Assembly: GCA_964016885.1 (NCBI GenBank) | Contig: OZ024740.1 | Span: 238,762,001-238,826,000 of the forward strand | DNA length: 64,000 nt | Reading direction: 5' to 3' | From: Eledone cirrhosa | Taxonomy: Eukaryota | Shown here: piece after piece, positions 28,419 through 41,497 of the stretch | Numbering within the stretch: position 1 is the first letter of the stretch | Layout of the letters: every line of letters starts with the position of its first letter | Notes under the pieces: generated by a model | Told to the model about the DNA's origin: nothing | Databases searched by the model: none | Seen by the model: the letters and a program-made list of their open reading frames with translations, nothing else | Program-made: the position numbers and the translations under genes

Positions 28419-30452
28419 ATAAAAGAGTAAGTACATTTTACCTCATGGTACTTGTCTTTTAACAGATGTCATTTGACTATAAATCAATAGTTTCCAGTTG
28501 AAGATCTTATAGAAGATCTTTGATAATGTAGTCAAATGGATTTTTAAGGATTCATAATGCTTTTGCATTTTCATTGAATTTTGTAAAACACTGATGAAAC
28601 TCTAGTTTCAAACTAAAGAGAATTTCTTGAGCAATTTTGAAAGAAAATGGAAAATTTGTTACTTAGTTATATTTTTACATCAGGGAAAGTGGTTGAAGTT
28701 TTTATCATTAGCAGAACTGGTATCTGGGTTTTTAGCTCTCTAGGCTAAATCTACAATGTGTGCCCCATTCTCCCAGTGATATAATTCATTCTCACAGTAA
28801 TGTGTGCCATTTTCCTAAATAACTTACAGCTTGGTAAGCTGAGAAACCTAGTTTTTGACATTCCTTGTTTTGACCAGACTAAGAAAATTACTGCATTTTT
28901 TTACTACATAGTCCTCACTCACCCATGTCAAATCATGTGACCCTCTCTACTGCTTTCGATATTTCCACAATGATGCTATGCAGCAAAGATGTTTAGTGAT
29001 TTATTTATTGATCATAAGAAATTATTATATATCTAATTTGATTATAAAAATTTGTATAAGACTTTGATTCTTCAAAATTCAGTAATGTGCCCCTCTGAGG
29101 TCTGCATCCTATGCAGCCACCTAGTTGGCCTTAATGATAGCACTAGCCTTTAACCTTGTGAAAAATGACTGTTGTGATAAACCACATTATTTCAAGCCTT
29201 CATATTTCCTCTGCTTTGCTGTCAGATGAGAATAGTGAAATGAATACTTTGTTTTGTAACACTTATCCATACTTTATTCCTTTAACATTATAAGCTCACT
29301 GCATATTGCACACAATACTTTGTTGTTTGCCTTTCAATGTAATTGACTTATCCCTTTCCCTCTTCCCAAAATTGCTGACCTTGTGTCTAAATTAGAAACC
29401 ATTATGAAATGAGATAGATAAAAAAAATACATATATAAGAAAGAAAGAGCTGGGTGAAGGAAGGAGAATTTATAAACTAAGGGATGGGAGAAAGTGCAGG
29501 AGGTGTGAAGGGGTGGGAATACAAGAAACAAAATGAAAGAGGTACAAAAGAAAGGGAAAGGAGGAAAGTGTAGTGTTATCATTAAGTATTTTGTTGCAGT
29601 GATCTCAAAGACAAGAATTATAAGAGAGGAGAGGGAAAGTCAAACAGAAGATGAAGTTATATAACATGATAATGTGTAGAAATATCAGAATGAGGAGAGA
29701 TGTAGACACTAGAAAGAGAGAATGAAAATATGCCAGGGAGAGGTAGTGTAGAAGTATCAAAGAGTTATGCAATGAGTCAATACAATGATATCAAAATGGG
29801 TGTTAAAACTTATGGAAATACAAAGAAACAAATTAAGATTAATGAACTATGATAATAATTTTTTTTTCCTTTTGTAAGGTTTCTCTAGCAATCGGTAGCT
29901 AATAATAATAACAATGATATTAATGGTTTCTGATTTAGGCACAAGGCTAACAATTTTGGGTGAGTGGAAAGTCGAGTAACTCGATCCCAGTGCATTACTG
30001 ATATTTTATTTTATCGACCCTGTAAGGATGAAAGGCAAAGCTAACCTCAACAGGATTTGAGCTCAGAACATAAAGGGCCCTCACTAAATGTGAAAGAATA
30101 ACCTTTGGTGATAGATCAAACATACTTGAGTGAACTATACTATGCTGTTGAGGTCCAATAATACAGGCATTTTACTGCAGCTGCCCCCTTGCTTACAAAA
30201 AAAGATTAGATTTCTCTCCAAAGTAGTAAATTTCTTTTGTAAAATTAATTATTAAGTTCTTGAAATGTTCTCCCCTTTTCTTTAAGAGTTGCCAAGAATT
30301 ACTGCTAGGTTTTTGTTTTCTTTCCCCAAGAGGGAAGATTCACTCGATTGAGATATTTTGTGTATATAATTCAGTATATCACACATTAGTTGGTTTATCT
30401 AAATTTATGCCATTGACATACTAGAGTTATTTCTCTTAACTCCTTTTATTGT

Positions 30453-30505
<53 letters not shown>

Positions 30506-32334
30506 TATCATCATCGTTTAACGTCCATTTTCCACACTTGCTTGAGTTAGACGGGTTGTCATGCTATGAAATAAGTCAGATCAGGAGACCACGCCTTGCT
30601 CATATGGATCTGTATTTCGGCTTGTTTTTTTTATGTTTGGATGCCCTTCCTAATACCCAGCATGGACTGAGTGTTTTTTATCATGTTACCATTTTGACCA
30701 CCTTACAGAGTAGACTGGGTAGTTTTTGTCATGTCATCAGCACAAGCCCCTTACAGGGTGGATTGAGCACATTTTGTTGTGTCATCAGCATGACCACCTT
30801 ACAGAGGGTACTGGGCACTTTATATTTTTAATTACTACCAATTATTTTGGACCAGAGGAGGGGCAAGGTCAAATTGAGTGCTAAATATATATTGCAATGT
30901 GTTGTGTGTACTTGATAGGGCTAAATTGGAAGGAATTGGTCCAATTGGCTTAAGCCTGGCTATTATATGAAATGTCTTTAGTTCAGTTTAGTAAACTCGC
31001 TGCCTCACTTCATTTTTAAAGTGGACGAAAATGTAATTGTGTTGAGTAAATGTTTAGATATAACATAGAATATTTGTAATGAAGCAGTGATATTACTCTC
31101 TGCAAATCAGTAAATGTTTGCATTTTTTTATGTTGTAAAACATTAATTTTAGTGTTGCTTACATTAATTATCAAATTACCATTAGAAATAGCAGTAAGGG
31201 GGCTTCATTGAAAGAAGTAGGCATTGGACTATACCTGTTAATTTAAAAACAAATGCTGAACACTTTAAGGTAGGATGTTTCTCTTTGGTGGTGTTGATGT
31301 TTGAATTAGAAGATTTATAATTAAAGATATCTGATGTATTAACTTAAAAGAAATGAAAGCTATATCCAGTCTTTCATCGATTACAGAAATAACTAGGATT
31401 GTTTTGACAGTTTCTTTTTCACTTTTTTCTATACATTGTATAATTTCCAGTTCCTCCTCTTATTATATCCAGGAGGAAATTCCGTATTGTTTCGTGACAA
31501 CACATTCTTAATAAGATTATGTTGACGTTTCATTTCCTGCTTCAAGACTAATAAGCTAGACCAACACTGACAATTGTAACGTTGAAATATGCTGTAATAT
31601 TGCAGAATAATATTTATTTAGACATACAGTTAACACTCTCTAAAGTTCAATAAACCTTATAGATTGAATATTGGTCCAAGGGCATGTGGTTAGAATATCT
31701 AACAAAAGAATCACAGAATAGATTTATGGGCAGAGCAAACTGGTGGAAAACTTAGAAATAGACCACAAGCAAGATGGTCGATAATCTCAGTTGGTTTTGC
31801 TTGGGAATCCAGTAAAATCATTTGATGGTGGCTACTTCCAATAGGATCCTTTAGAAAGCATGTTTGAAGACTCTGCCATCATGACCTTCTCAGGAATAAT
31901 TGAGTATTAGAAAAGAAGAATTAAAAGAAGAATATCAGTCAACTATATTTATATCTGGTTAAATATTTGTCTCAATTTTAAAAATTAAGTTATCTGTTTT
32001 TATTTGCTTTTGACTTTCTACTTCTACAAGGCTCCTTATTTTGTCTAATATTTCTCTTATATATTTGCCTGTTGCACTGTCAGCTACATGCTGAACTGGT
32101 TGTCATTCCCACAAAATACTGCCATTTAAATAATTTTAGGCAATAGTGAAATGCATCAAGGGAGCATTAGACATGCCTGTTTAAATGATTTTGTCACAAC
32201 ATACAGGCCTTTGTCCTCATGTTTTCCACCACCCTTGTAACATACTAGGTGAGCTAACGTGCATTACCTTGTCTTCCATTCCTTGCATCTAAAGCAGCTT
32301 TCAAATAAAATTTATTCATTCTGTCACTTCTTAA

Positions 32335-32545
32335 CCCATTAGCATTTAAACCGGCTGTATCTGGTCAAAATTCTCTTACCTTTTTCTGTTAAACCAGCTG
32401 TAACTGGCCGCTTTTAGTGGTGTTAAGGTATTGTTCTCAAAATAAATAACATCAAAATCTCACAGATTCGATATTATGTGAAGTAAAGACTTTACCATGA
32501 AAATATGATAGTAAATAGGATCTGCTAAATGGAAATGCTAAAGGG
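32335..32545. mobile_element. piggyBac-type MITE (TTAA TSD)
   Basis: TTAA-CCCATTAGCATTT ... AAATGCTAAAGGG-TTAA; relatives at about 4014-4182, 18276-18503 and 56309-56516. Confidence 0.8.
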
Positions 32546-33199
32546 TTAAACTATTAAACTTTTTCTACTGCTACATTGCACCCATCTGAATTCTACTGTT
32601 AATGTTGTTCACCCAATCTCTTCCTTTACCTCTATGATTAATCTGCATCTACTGCTACCCCATTCCCACCTGAATTCCACTGCTGATCCTGTTTGTCCAA
32701 CTCTATCTGTTCTATCTATTCAACTGGTATTTTCTTCTGAGCTGGTTGCTGCTACCATTCAATTGGTATCTTCTTCCAAGCTAGTTGCCACCAACTCACA
32801 ACCCAATTGTGTTTCTATGTCTACACAAGTTACTTCTTGAAATTGATGAAATGCCACTTGTGTTACAGAAGCTATCACAGGAGCTGAATGGGTATAACTA
32901 AGGTTAATACTGAAATCCTCCAAACTGGTCATATAACCAATTACATTTAACTGCTGAGATCCTGGAAACCAGCTTTCTGCTGAAGATTTTGCCACTGATT
33001 TGTGGTGCTTACACAGGGAACATGGAATAGTTTTGCCTATGCTCTCTGTTTAAGAATATATGTTTATCCAATAATATCTTGGATTGACAAGGCTGTTTTT
33101 ATTCTCTCTTGCTACTCTCCATATGCCCAATGAAATAACCAGTTCTGTGATATTTTTTCTGCAATGACAATTTGAGCTGTTTGGGTTCACTTCAATTAT

Positions 33200-33760
33200 T
33201 TTTCATTGCAGTTTGGTACAATTTGGGATGGCTCACAGCAAAAGTGTGTTTATCATTGGACTGTTTGTCCACGTAATGTTTCCTTATATAGCTGGGGGTG
33301 GACACGAAACTAAGATGTGAGGCAGCCATCCATGCCACTAGAACTTTCACCAACTTGCCTTCTAAAATCCTCATGGTTGTCTTCAAATCTGATCTCAAAA
33401 ATGTATTCAATTTCATCATTTGTAATCTCATTCTCATCTCAGTGAAAGAGAGAGCCCCAGAGCTCAACCACTTTGCTTGGGAGGCTTATTGGGATCCCCC
33501 TATCTTTTCTTTGGTGACCAAATCCTATCTACTTCAGGAGTTCAACAAGGTAACCCACTTGGTCCTTCCCTTTTTGCATTGGGTATTGATGACATTACTA
33601 AGATAAGGCTGACCCGGTATGTTGACGGTACTTGTTTGGGGGAGCCCCAGATAAGGTCCTTGCTACTGTGATCATAATGATTGAGGAACTCAGTTGTAGG
33701 GGATTCATATTAACAGTTCCAAATGTGAGCTCTGGATCCTTGAACAACATCAGCCAACAG
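33200..33760 (+). pseudogene. Degraded CRE-like reverse transcriptase fragment
   Basis: CEAAIHATR, DLKNVFN and GVQQGNPLGPSLFAL motifs, with frameshifts. Confidence 0.7.
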
Positions 33761-36741
33761 TAAACCTGTTTACTGAACCCTTACTACAGTATGAAAGGGA
33801 ATGCTATGGTAGCTGTTAAATAAATTATTCAGTATTCTTATGCTAACCAATATGTGAATTGCAACAAAAGAATTTAAATACACACCTTTGGAGAAATATA
33901 ATTCCATTACACTGTGGCTAAGTGTTTTTAGTCTCTTTAGACAGTGGTTAGTACAACTAATGTTTAGTTTGAATTGGTACTGGTGAATAGCATGAGAGAA
34001 AGCATAAGTAGTAAAGCCTTACCAAATTGTAGAATTTATAGGAAAGATGATTTTGATAGAAGTGTTTAGTAGTGCTAGGTCCCAGAGTCGCTTACTCCAG
34101 TAAGTACCACTGGAACCCAACTACCAAATTTAAGAAAGAAAAAAGGATAGGAGATCTTCCTACAAATTCGTGTCTCGTGTGAGTCATCTCTCACTACAAA
34201 AGGTAATGATTAAAGCATAACAATTTCTCAACTGAATATCAAAAATAACTTGTTTTATTTGTAGTCCATATTACAAAAGTGTAGTAAACAAATGTCTACG
34301 TAGCATTTTGAGGTATAGTCCAGAACCATGAGGTGTGATTCGAAGAATGTTATCATGCTTGTGCTTGGTGTTGTCAGCTTGAGAATAAACCGCCAGAAAG
34401 AGAGTATACCTTTGGCGTAACCATGCCTGGCCTTACTAGGCCAGGCGGCCAAGAGGTGAAAAGAGAGAAAGATAGCTTTGAGCTCCCTCTTTTATAGTTC
34501 CCTGGACGGAAGTTACAAGGAAGGTTCTGGAATTTCAACTGGAAGTAACTCCAGCTACTTCCCTTGTCTAGAGAGCACTACAAGTGCTTAGTGTGGAGTC
34601 CTAGGGTCAGTTGTGATGGCTTATAAGGTTGGTAAGTTTAGAGCATGTCAAACCATTGTGATAAGGATAGAAGGGATAAATGAAGAATGTCTCAACAGTG
34701 GACTAGTGCTTAGAATATGTTAAATAAAAGAAGAGAATTTCAAATAGATGAATTCTCTAGAGGTAAGTTCATAATGTTGTTATCTGTTTAGCTCTAAGTC
34801 AGCTTTGATCAAGCAGATATATGATCTAAGACATTCCAGCCAGGTCATCCTGTCGTTTGGTTTAGTTAAAAATACATTATTCAATGTGGTCTTCCCCTTT
34901 TCAAGATGGTATGATGAGATCTGAAGGAAATTTGGTTGCTATTTCTAACAGGTCGAACAACCACGTAGAAGCTATCTTAGATATGTGGAACATTCGGAAG
35001 TCTATATGTACCATATAGAAGGTCAGCAGTAATTCAGAGCAATGGAATTTTTTTTCATTTTGAAATAGAAATCCAATTGTTGTGATGATGTGTTAGCTAT
35101 ATCTAGTTGACATGAAATACCATTAGAAGTACTAAGGACACTTAGCTGTGGGAGATGTGATGGTTTTTACAGTGTGTTGTTCATGTTTGATATGTATATG
35201 GTTTTGTGGGCATTATTTGTTCCTGAGATTGGTGTGTATGCTTTGTTTTTGTTGAACAGGCAAGGTTATCATAGTCCCATTGCAGGTTGTTTGAAGTTTC
35301 TGCTTATGTGCAATATGTATATGTGCCAAGAATTGTTGAAGTTGTGTTGTGTGTGGTTGAAATTTATGGGGCTAATGATTAAAGAGAAATTTAGGAATTC
35401 TGTCTTATCTGTACGAATACTTATGGTTAGAAGTAGCAATAAGCAGATAAGAAAGCATTTGGGAGATCTGAGATCTGAATAACATTGGGTTTGGTAAATT
35501 AAGCATTGAGAGAAAAAGTACCATCAACTTGACTGAAAGATTATGATGCAGTAGGTGAAAGATATTGCTGATGTCAAGAATGATAGCTTTATATTCATCA
35601 AAGTTCTCAAGAGCAATAATATATTAGTGTACAGTGCATAAAAGAACACCTGTGGATCTGACTATTCAGAAACCATAGTGATGATCACAGAATAGGAAAA
35701 GAAATAGCAGAGTGTACAATATTTCATTTTATAAAATGCATTGACAACACCAAGAAAGGTAACTTAAAAACATTTGATCCCCTAAAGAAATATACAAAAA
35801 CGTGAGTTTAGTAATAATCACCAGCAAGTAAACATGTATTAAAACCAGGGCTAGATTAACCACTAAACAGAGTAAGCATATTGTTAGGGCATAAAAGGAA
35901 GAGGGGCCCATTTGTATTCAAATAAAACATATTTGTCATTCCTTGCAAAATTTGGTTTGTAGACTTTGCATATGAAGTTGAGATGGGGGACAAGAATCTT
36001 TTAAGTACTTAGGGCATCATAATGATTTAAGTCAATGCACTAGGAAAATCAATCAGGTATAAATGGACATTTTAAAAATCTTTCCTTTGTTTAAAATAGC
36101 ATTTTTCAACCCAGGACACACTAAATAAGGTGTGGAAAGTATATTACAGACAAAAACTCCTACCATACAAAATCCTCATTGTCACTCTTCACTTCTGACT
36201 CTGTTTTCTTCCCTTCCCTTCCCATCATTCATTCACTTTCATTTATCATTTGCCCTCTCTCCATCATTATTTCATTTTCTTTTACATCTTATCCTCTTTC
36301 TCGCTCTTACTACATTACTAACAAACAGACATTACTGTTGTGCTGTTGTCATGAATACTCTCTTTTTCTATCATTATGCATTTCTCTTACCCCTTTTTAT
36401 ATTCACCTGTTGTCATTCAGTTTAAATAGTGGTATGCAAGGCATGCAGGGAAAACATTCCCGCTGGGAAACATTAGAAGGAGGAAAAACTGGGTGAAGTG
36501 GTTTGTCCACTGCCTCGGGTGGACACAGTACTCCAACTAGGCCCATTAGCCTAGATTACTCTTCAGATAAAACTTGTTTCCTCCATACTATATTTTTCGT
36601 TTCTCTTCAGTGATCTGTCAACCCCCTCCCACCCTCTCATGCCGAGAACTGTTTTGGGATCACTTGAACTGGCTTATCCTTGCGAAGTTACAGTGTAACA
36701 CCCAATTATGAGCAGCCAGATCATCTGCAACTATATATATA

Positions 36742-37088
36742 TGGAGGCACATGGCTTAGTGGTTAGAGCATTGGCCTTGCAATCGAAAGGTTGTGAGTTC
36801 AATTCTCAGACCGGGTGATGTGTTGTTTCCTTGAGCAAGACACTTTATTTCACATTGCTCCAGTTTACTCAGCTGTAGAAATGAGATGATAGGGACTAGG
36901 GTCCATATCATTCCACTGCAAAGTGGTCGTGGAGGTGCCATGGCAAAAGCACCCAGCACTGACTGTAAATGAGGTTGGTGTTAGGAAGGGCATCCAGCTG
37001 TAGAAATCAAGCCAGAATCAGTTCCCGTCCCACCCTTGCAAGCAGGGAAAAAGCGAACGTAAAATGAAATGATGATGATGATGATGAT
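36742..37088 (+). mobile_element. SINE family B copy
   Basis: Near-identical to 7155-7500; flanked by (TA)n. Confidence 0.85.
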
Positions 37089-37149
37089 ATATATATCTGT
37101 ATACATATATATCTGTATATATATATATCTGTATATATATCTGTATATA

Positions 37150-37827
37150 TAAATGTAAGTATGTATGTATACGTATATACATATATGTATACAGACGTAC
37201 AGTAGTATGTATATATATATACATACATGCACACACACATATATATATGCACGTATCAATTTACCGAACATTTATTATAATGTAAACAAACAAACAGCCG
37301 GAATTACGCCGTACAGTGTTTAGGCAACCATGTCACCTTTTTGTTCAACACTGACACAGGAACGATGTACTAGTTTCAAGCTTATTAGCTATCGTCAGCA
37401 TCGTATACATTCCTGCCAGATGGTTGAACGTCTGAAAGTATATACTTTCCTTATGCATATTAACGGCTGAGCAGCCTAATTTGCATATCGAGTGACTTTA
37501 GTCGGCCGGGCGCACCGAAAACGATACATGGTATAGAATGAAACGAAATTTCATTTCTCACTCTTAGTACGGCACTTACTTAAATGTAAGTATGTATGTA
37601 TACGTACATACATATATGTATACAGACGTACAGTAGTATGTATATATATATACATACATGCACACATATATATATGCACGTATCGGTTTACCGTGTGCAT
37701 GTATGTATATATATACATACTACTGTACGTCTGTATACATATATGTATGTACGTATACATACATACATACTTACATTTAAGTAACTGCCGTACTAAGAGT
37801 GTGAAATGAAATTTCGTTTCATTCTAT
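37150..37827 (-). mobile_element. Penelope-like pLTR module: direct repeat (37150-37266 / 37581-37693) plus inverted copy (palindrome 37534-37827)
   Basis: Repeats read directly from the sequence; intact hammerhead between the direct repeats. Confidence 0.75.
37362..37404 (-). ncRNA. Minimal type I hammerhead ribozyme
   Basis: Minus strand: ACGATG-CTGACGA-t AGCT aata AGCT t-GAAA-CTAG-TA-CATCGT; palindromic stem III ACTAGT; GUA triplet. Confidence 0.88.
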
Positions 37828-38182
37828 TCCATTTATCTGTATATCCTAAACGGACGGTAGTCCGTTTAGTAATATTGTTGTGGTCGTGTTTTCGTTGGCA
37901 ATCGTCTGTTTACGACAGTACAGCGCGGCTCTACTTTATTTAACTGAGATAAAACTTATATGAGCATGAACAGTAGATCATTACGCATCTTTTGGCTTAA
38001 AAATCTAGAAATTTGGTCCAGCGGGAAAAAGTTTATAATCAAAGTTTACTGATAAATCTTGTGTTCAAGTGAGTGAGTAGTAAGCGTGACGCTAGGGGAG
38101 GTAATCCAGAAATGACGAATTTTTTTCGGCGGAACTCTTGTGATTGTGATTACGTTAGTCAAATGTAGTCAAAAATACTTAG

Positions 38183-38743
38183 ATATTTTGTATACCTGGG
38201 GCCCGTCAGGGCCAGGTAATGTTAATCGCCAACATTGTTATCTGTTGTCCTTTTGTGAAAGTATTGGTGGTTCATGTCGGCTCTAATGATCTGAATCCTC
38301 ATCGCACCGTTGGCACTACAAAGCTGTACAAAGTAATACAATAATTTTTGCCCAAGTATTTTTTATTAATCATTTATTTGTAAATTAAGGACAAAGTGCC
38401 CATTCGAGGCACAAAACCGGAAAAACAGGGGAAGAGTCTCTTTGCAAGGCTACAGAAAATAGCGGAAAAGCACCACTGTACACCCATTTTCTACAGTGGT
38501 GTCATTCCACGTCCACAAAGTGTAATTGAAAATAAAAATGACTTGGGCAAGAGAAATTCTCGTTTGGAAAAGTTTAATTACTGCATGAAAGAAATGATTC
38601 AAAAATTGAACTTGCCCAATCTTCACAACATTGAAAATTGGTCAAAATTTGACAAATCTGACTTCAAACCAGATATGATTCATTTGAACAATGTTGGAAA
38701 TCTTAAATTGACACAAATTTTTGCCAATGTTTTTGCCACCTGA
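38183..38743 (+). CDS. SGNH/GDSL hydrolase-like gene, exons 38183-38332 and 38390-38743 (5' exon not identified)
   Basis: FCIPGA (block II), VLVVHVGSNDL (block III) and DMIHLN (DxxH, block V); a 57-nt GT-AG intron removes an in-frame stop; AATAAA at about 38781. Confidence 0.7.
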
Positions 38744-38923
38744 TCCTTGTTCTATGGCTGACTGACTAATTTTGTGACTTAATAAAATGTCATCATACTA
38801 GTAATGCACAATGGTCATTTTTAAATTTAAATTTTATTAAATAGTTGTTGCTTGCATTGCCTTAAAATAGTAACAAGAATGTACACATACTTTTTAAAAA
38901 TACATCATTATCAGTCAAATCAG

Positions 38924-39277
38924 TCAAATGTCACTAAAAGCCAGGTGGTCGATAACAACTTCTATAAGATTAGTTACATGCTCACGATCACCTCTCATCA
39001 ATGGCATTGGGTGTCTGAGATAATCGTGGAGATAACTGATGAAGTCACAAATGAAGTGATGGTCTTCCAGTGTGAACAACTCCCTATATCCATTGATATA
39101 TGTGATGGCTTCCGATTCATAGGTGCATTTTATGAGGAATTTCATGCATCCGATTTTCAGTGATTCAATGGGCATTTTATCAGAGATGATAAGGTATTTG
39201 ACCACGTTTTGCTTTGTAAGTAAATTGGAGAGAATCACTGCAGTCAAAGTCATTTCTTTGCATGGGTTTTTGTCCAT
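38924..39277 (-). CDS. Unknown 117-aa ORF or terminal exon, convergent with the SGNH gene
   Basis: Open, globular-looking composition; preceded by a TTTTTAG acceptor; minus-strand AATAAA near 38832. Confidence 0.4.
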   Translation of the reverse strand: MDKNPCKEMTLTAVILSNLLTKQNVVKYLIISDKMPIESLKIGCMKFLIKCTYESEAITYINGYRELFTLEDHHFICDFISYLHDYLRHPMPLMRGDREHVTNLIEVVIDHLAFSDI

Positions 39278-39550
39278 TCTAAAAAGTTAAAATGATAAAG
39301 TATTACTACTATATAACTTACATCTATTGTTCTAACACCATTGAAATGCACAAGTTTCACCAATTCACTATTATGCACTAATCATCTCAAATGCATTCAT
39401 GATTTACTAGCTTTGTCATTAAGCCAGTTGCCTCAACTAGATTGCAATTATACTCAAAAGAACTTTAAAATGTCAATCACTTGTCAGTAATTCACTATGA
39501 TCATTTAATTATTAGATAGTTGTTGCTTGCATTGCCTTAAAAAATAGTAG

Positions 39551-40610
39551 ACCAGATAGAAAAATGCGTACAGCAAAAAAAAGTAATATTGTTGGAATAT
39601 AAACCTTTAAAAATACAGGACAAGAAACTAAGATAAAACTTTAAAAGAATAGGACAAGAAACTAAGATAAAACTTTAAAGAATTGGACAAGAAATAAAAA
39701 AATTTACAATAATATTAGTGGCAAATTTTTTTTATTCGTTTCCTGTGCTATGCCCCAGTATCTTCTTGATTAGTGCATAATAATTGTCATGCTCTCATTG
39801 TGCGTTGCCCCTGAGCGGTTGGTTCTGGTTGGGGTTGGTTGGCTGAGCAGTTCTGCTCCGCCAGAATGACCATTGCAAGAAAAATTGGCCGATGCAGCTG
39901 CAGGTCTCCTCCAAGAATGCACTTCTGGTCCCGCAACACCAGACGAAGATGGAGAAGACGACCGGGACAAGATGTCGACTCTGACCACCGACTACGGCAC
40001 CTCCCTCAACCACCGGTCCTCCCTCTCTCTGTCCCGTCATCCCTCCAGTCCTCCTGCTCCCCCTTCCTGTACCAGAAAGCTGTGGCACGCATTCATCTGG
40101 ACTGCCGGACTTGAACTCAAGGACAAGATGCAAGGAGAAGATGGACGGGTTGGTCAAGATCAAGGATGAGCGGGACGACAAGACCGTCCGCTGCTGCTCA
40201 AGATCTGCGCTCATGAGCCCATGGGTCCATTCACATTATGCATGACACATGAGGCGTGTCGCCGAATGATGAAATAGGGGTATGGTTATGGCCCAATTGG
40301 TGTTCAAACCAGGATCAAATGATCCCCCGGTCTGACGACGACCTCTGAATGTGGAACCCAGAGCCTATGAATGTGGAACTCGATTTTTTACCAATAAAAA
40401 TTTTGCCACTAATATTATTGTAAAATTTTTTATTTCTTGTCCAATTCTTTAAAGTTTTATTTTAGTTTCTTGTCCTATTCTTTTAAAGTTTTATCTTAGT
40501 TTCTTGTCCTATTCTTTTAAAGTTTTATTTTAGTTTCTTGTTCTGTATTTTTAAAGGTTTATATTCCAACAATATTACTTTTTTTTGCTGTACGCATTTT
40601 TCTATCTGGT
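39551..40610. repeat. Inverted repeat (39551-39736 / 40393-40610) with 34-bp subrepeats enclosing a GC-rich 650-bp core
   Basis: The arms are reverse complements; the right arm has one extra subrepeat. Confidence 0.9.
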
Positions 40611-40617
40611 ATATATA

Positions 40618-41423
40618 TCTGTATATATATAAAATTAAGTATGTGTGTGTGTGTGTCTGTGTATTACCTATAGGGGCCTACATCTTACGACCGATTTTCA
40701 TGAAACTTTACAGGCTCATAGATTAGTCATCGGGGAGTGTTTTCTATATATCAGCGTATCGTTTTATTTTTATTCCGGGGTCATTCTACAGATAAAAATC
40801 GATAGAGGGGTCACTTTTTTTAGGTATCGAAAAATAAGATTTTTGGCTCTAGCTCCCACATTTTGCCACCGATATCGTTCAAATTTTAAAGCAAAATAGA
40901 ATTTATCATTGCACATCCTGTAATGGCTTTATATTTTGCATTTGTTGTACAGGGACGGCGTGGCAGTCGCTTAAATATTCAAAAATACCACTTTTTGACT
41001 CAAATTTCTACTTTTTCGGCTCTAGCTCCCACATTAATCAACCTACTTTGTTCAAATTTTACACTAGGCTAGATCTGATTATTTCACGTCTTAAAGTGGC
41101 TTTATATTTTGGATTTTTTGTTCAGGAACGGCGTGGCAGCCGCTTAAATATTTGAAAATACCACCTTTTCGCTCAAATTTCCGCCTCTTTGGCTCTAGCT
41201 CCCACATTTTTCAACCGATTTCGTTCAAATTCGAAACTCCCTACCCCAGCATGCCCCTTCGTCAGTCACCCGCGTTTCTCAGTGATAGAGGTCATCACCA
41301 CCCTCCCCCGCATGGCTTGTGTGTGGCCATAGATGTCACCAAGAAGCAGTCGCTAAGATCAACACCTTTTCATCAAAGCAGATATTATTTTACCTACCCA
41401 GGCAACGCTGGGTACTGCTGCTA

Positions 41424-41424
<1 letters not shown>
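40618..41424 (+). mobile_element. Non-autonomous Helitron
   Basis: 5' TC after A; 3' hairpin ACCCAG gcaacg CTGGGT, then CTAG before T; internal repeats of about 180 bp. Confidence 0.82.
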
Positions 41425-41496
<72 letters not shown>

Positions 41497-41497
41497 C

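Noticed and set aside
34028-34696. Possible solo LTR on the minus strand (TG...CA, TATA, AATAAA)
   Set aside because: No TSD or second copy in the window to fix the boundaries.
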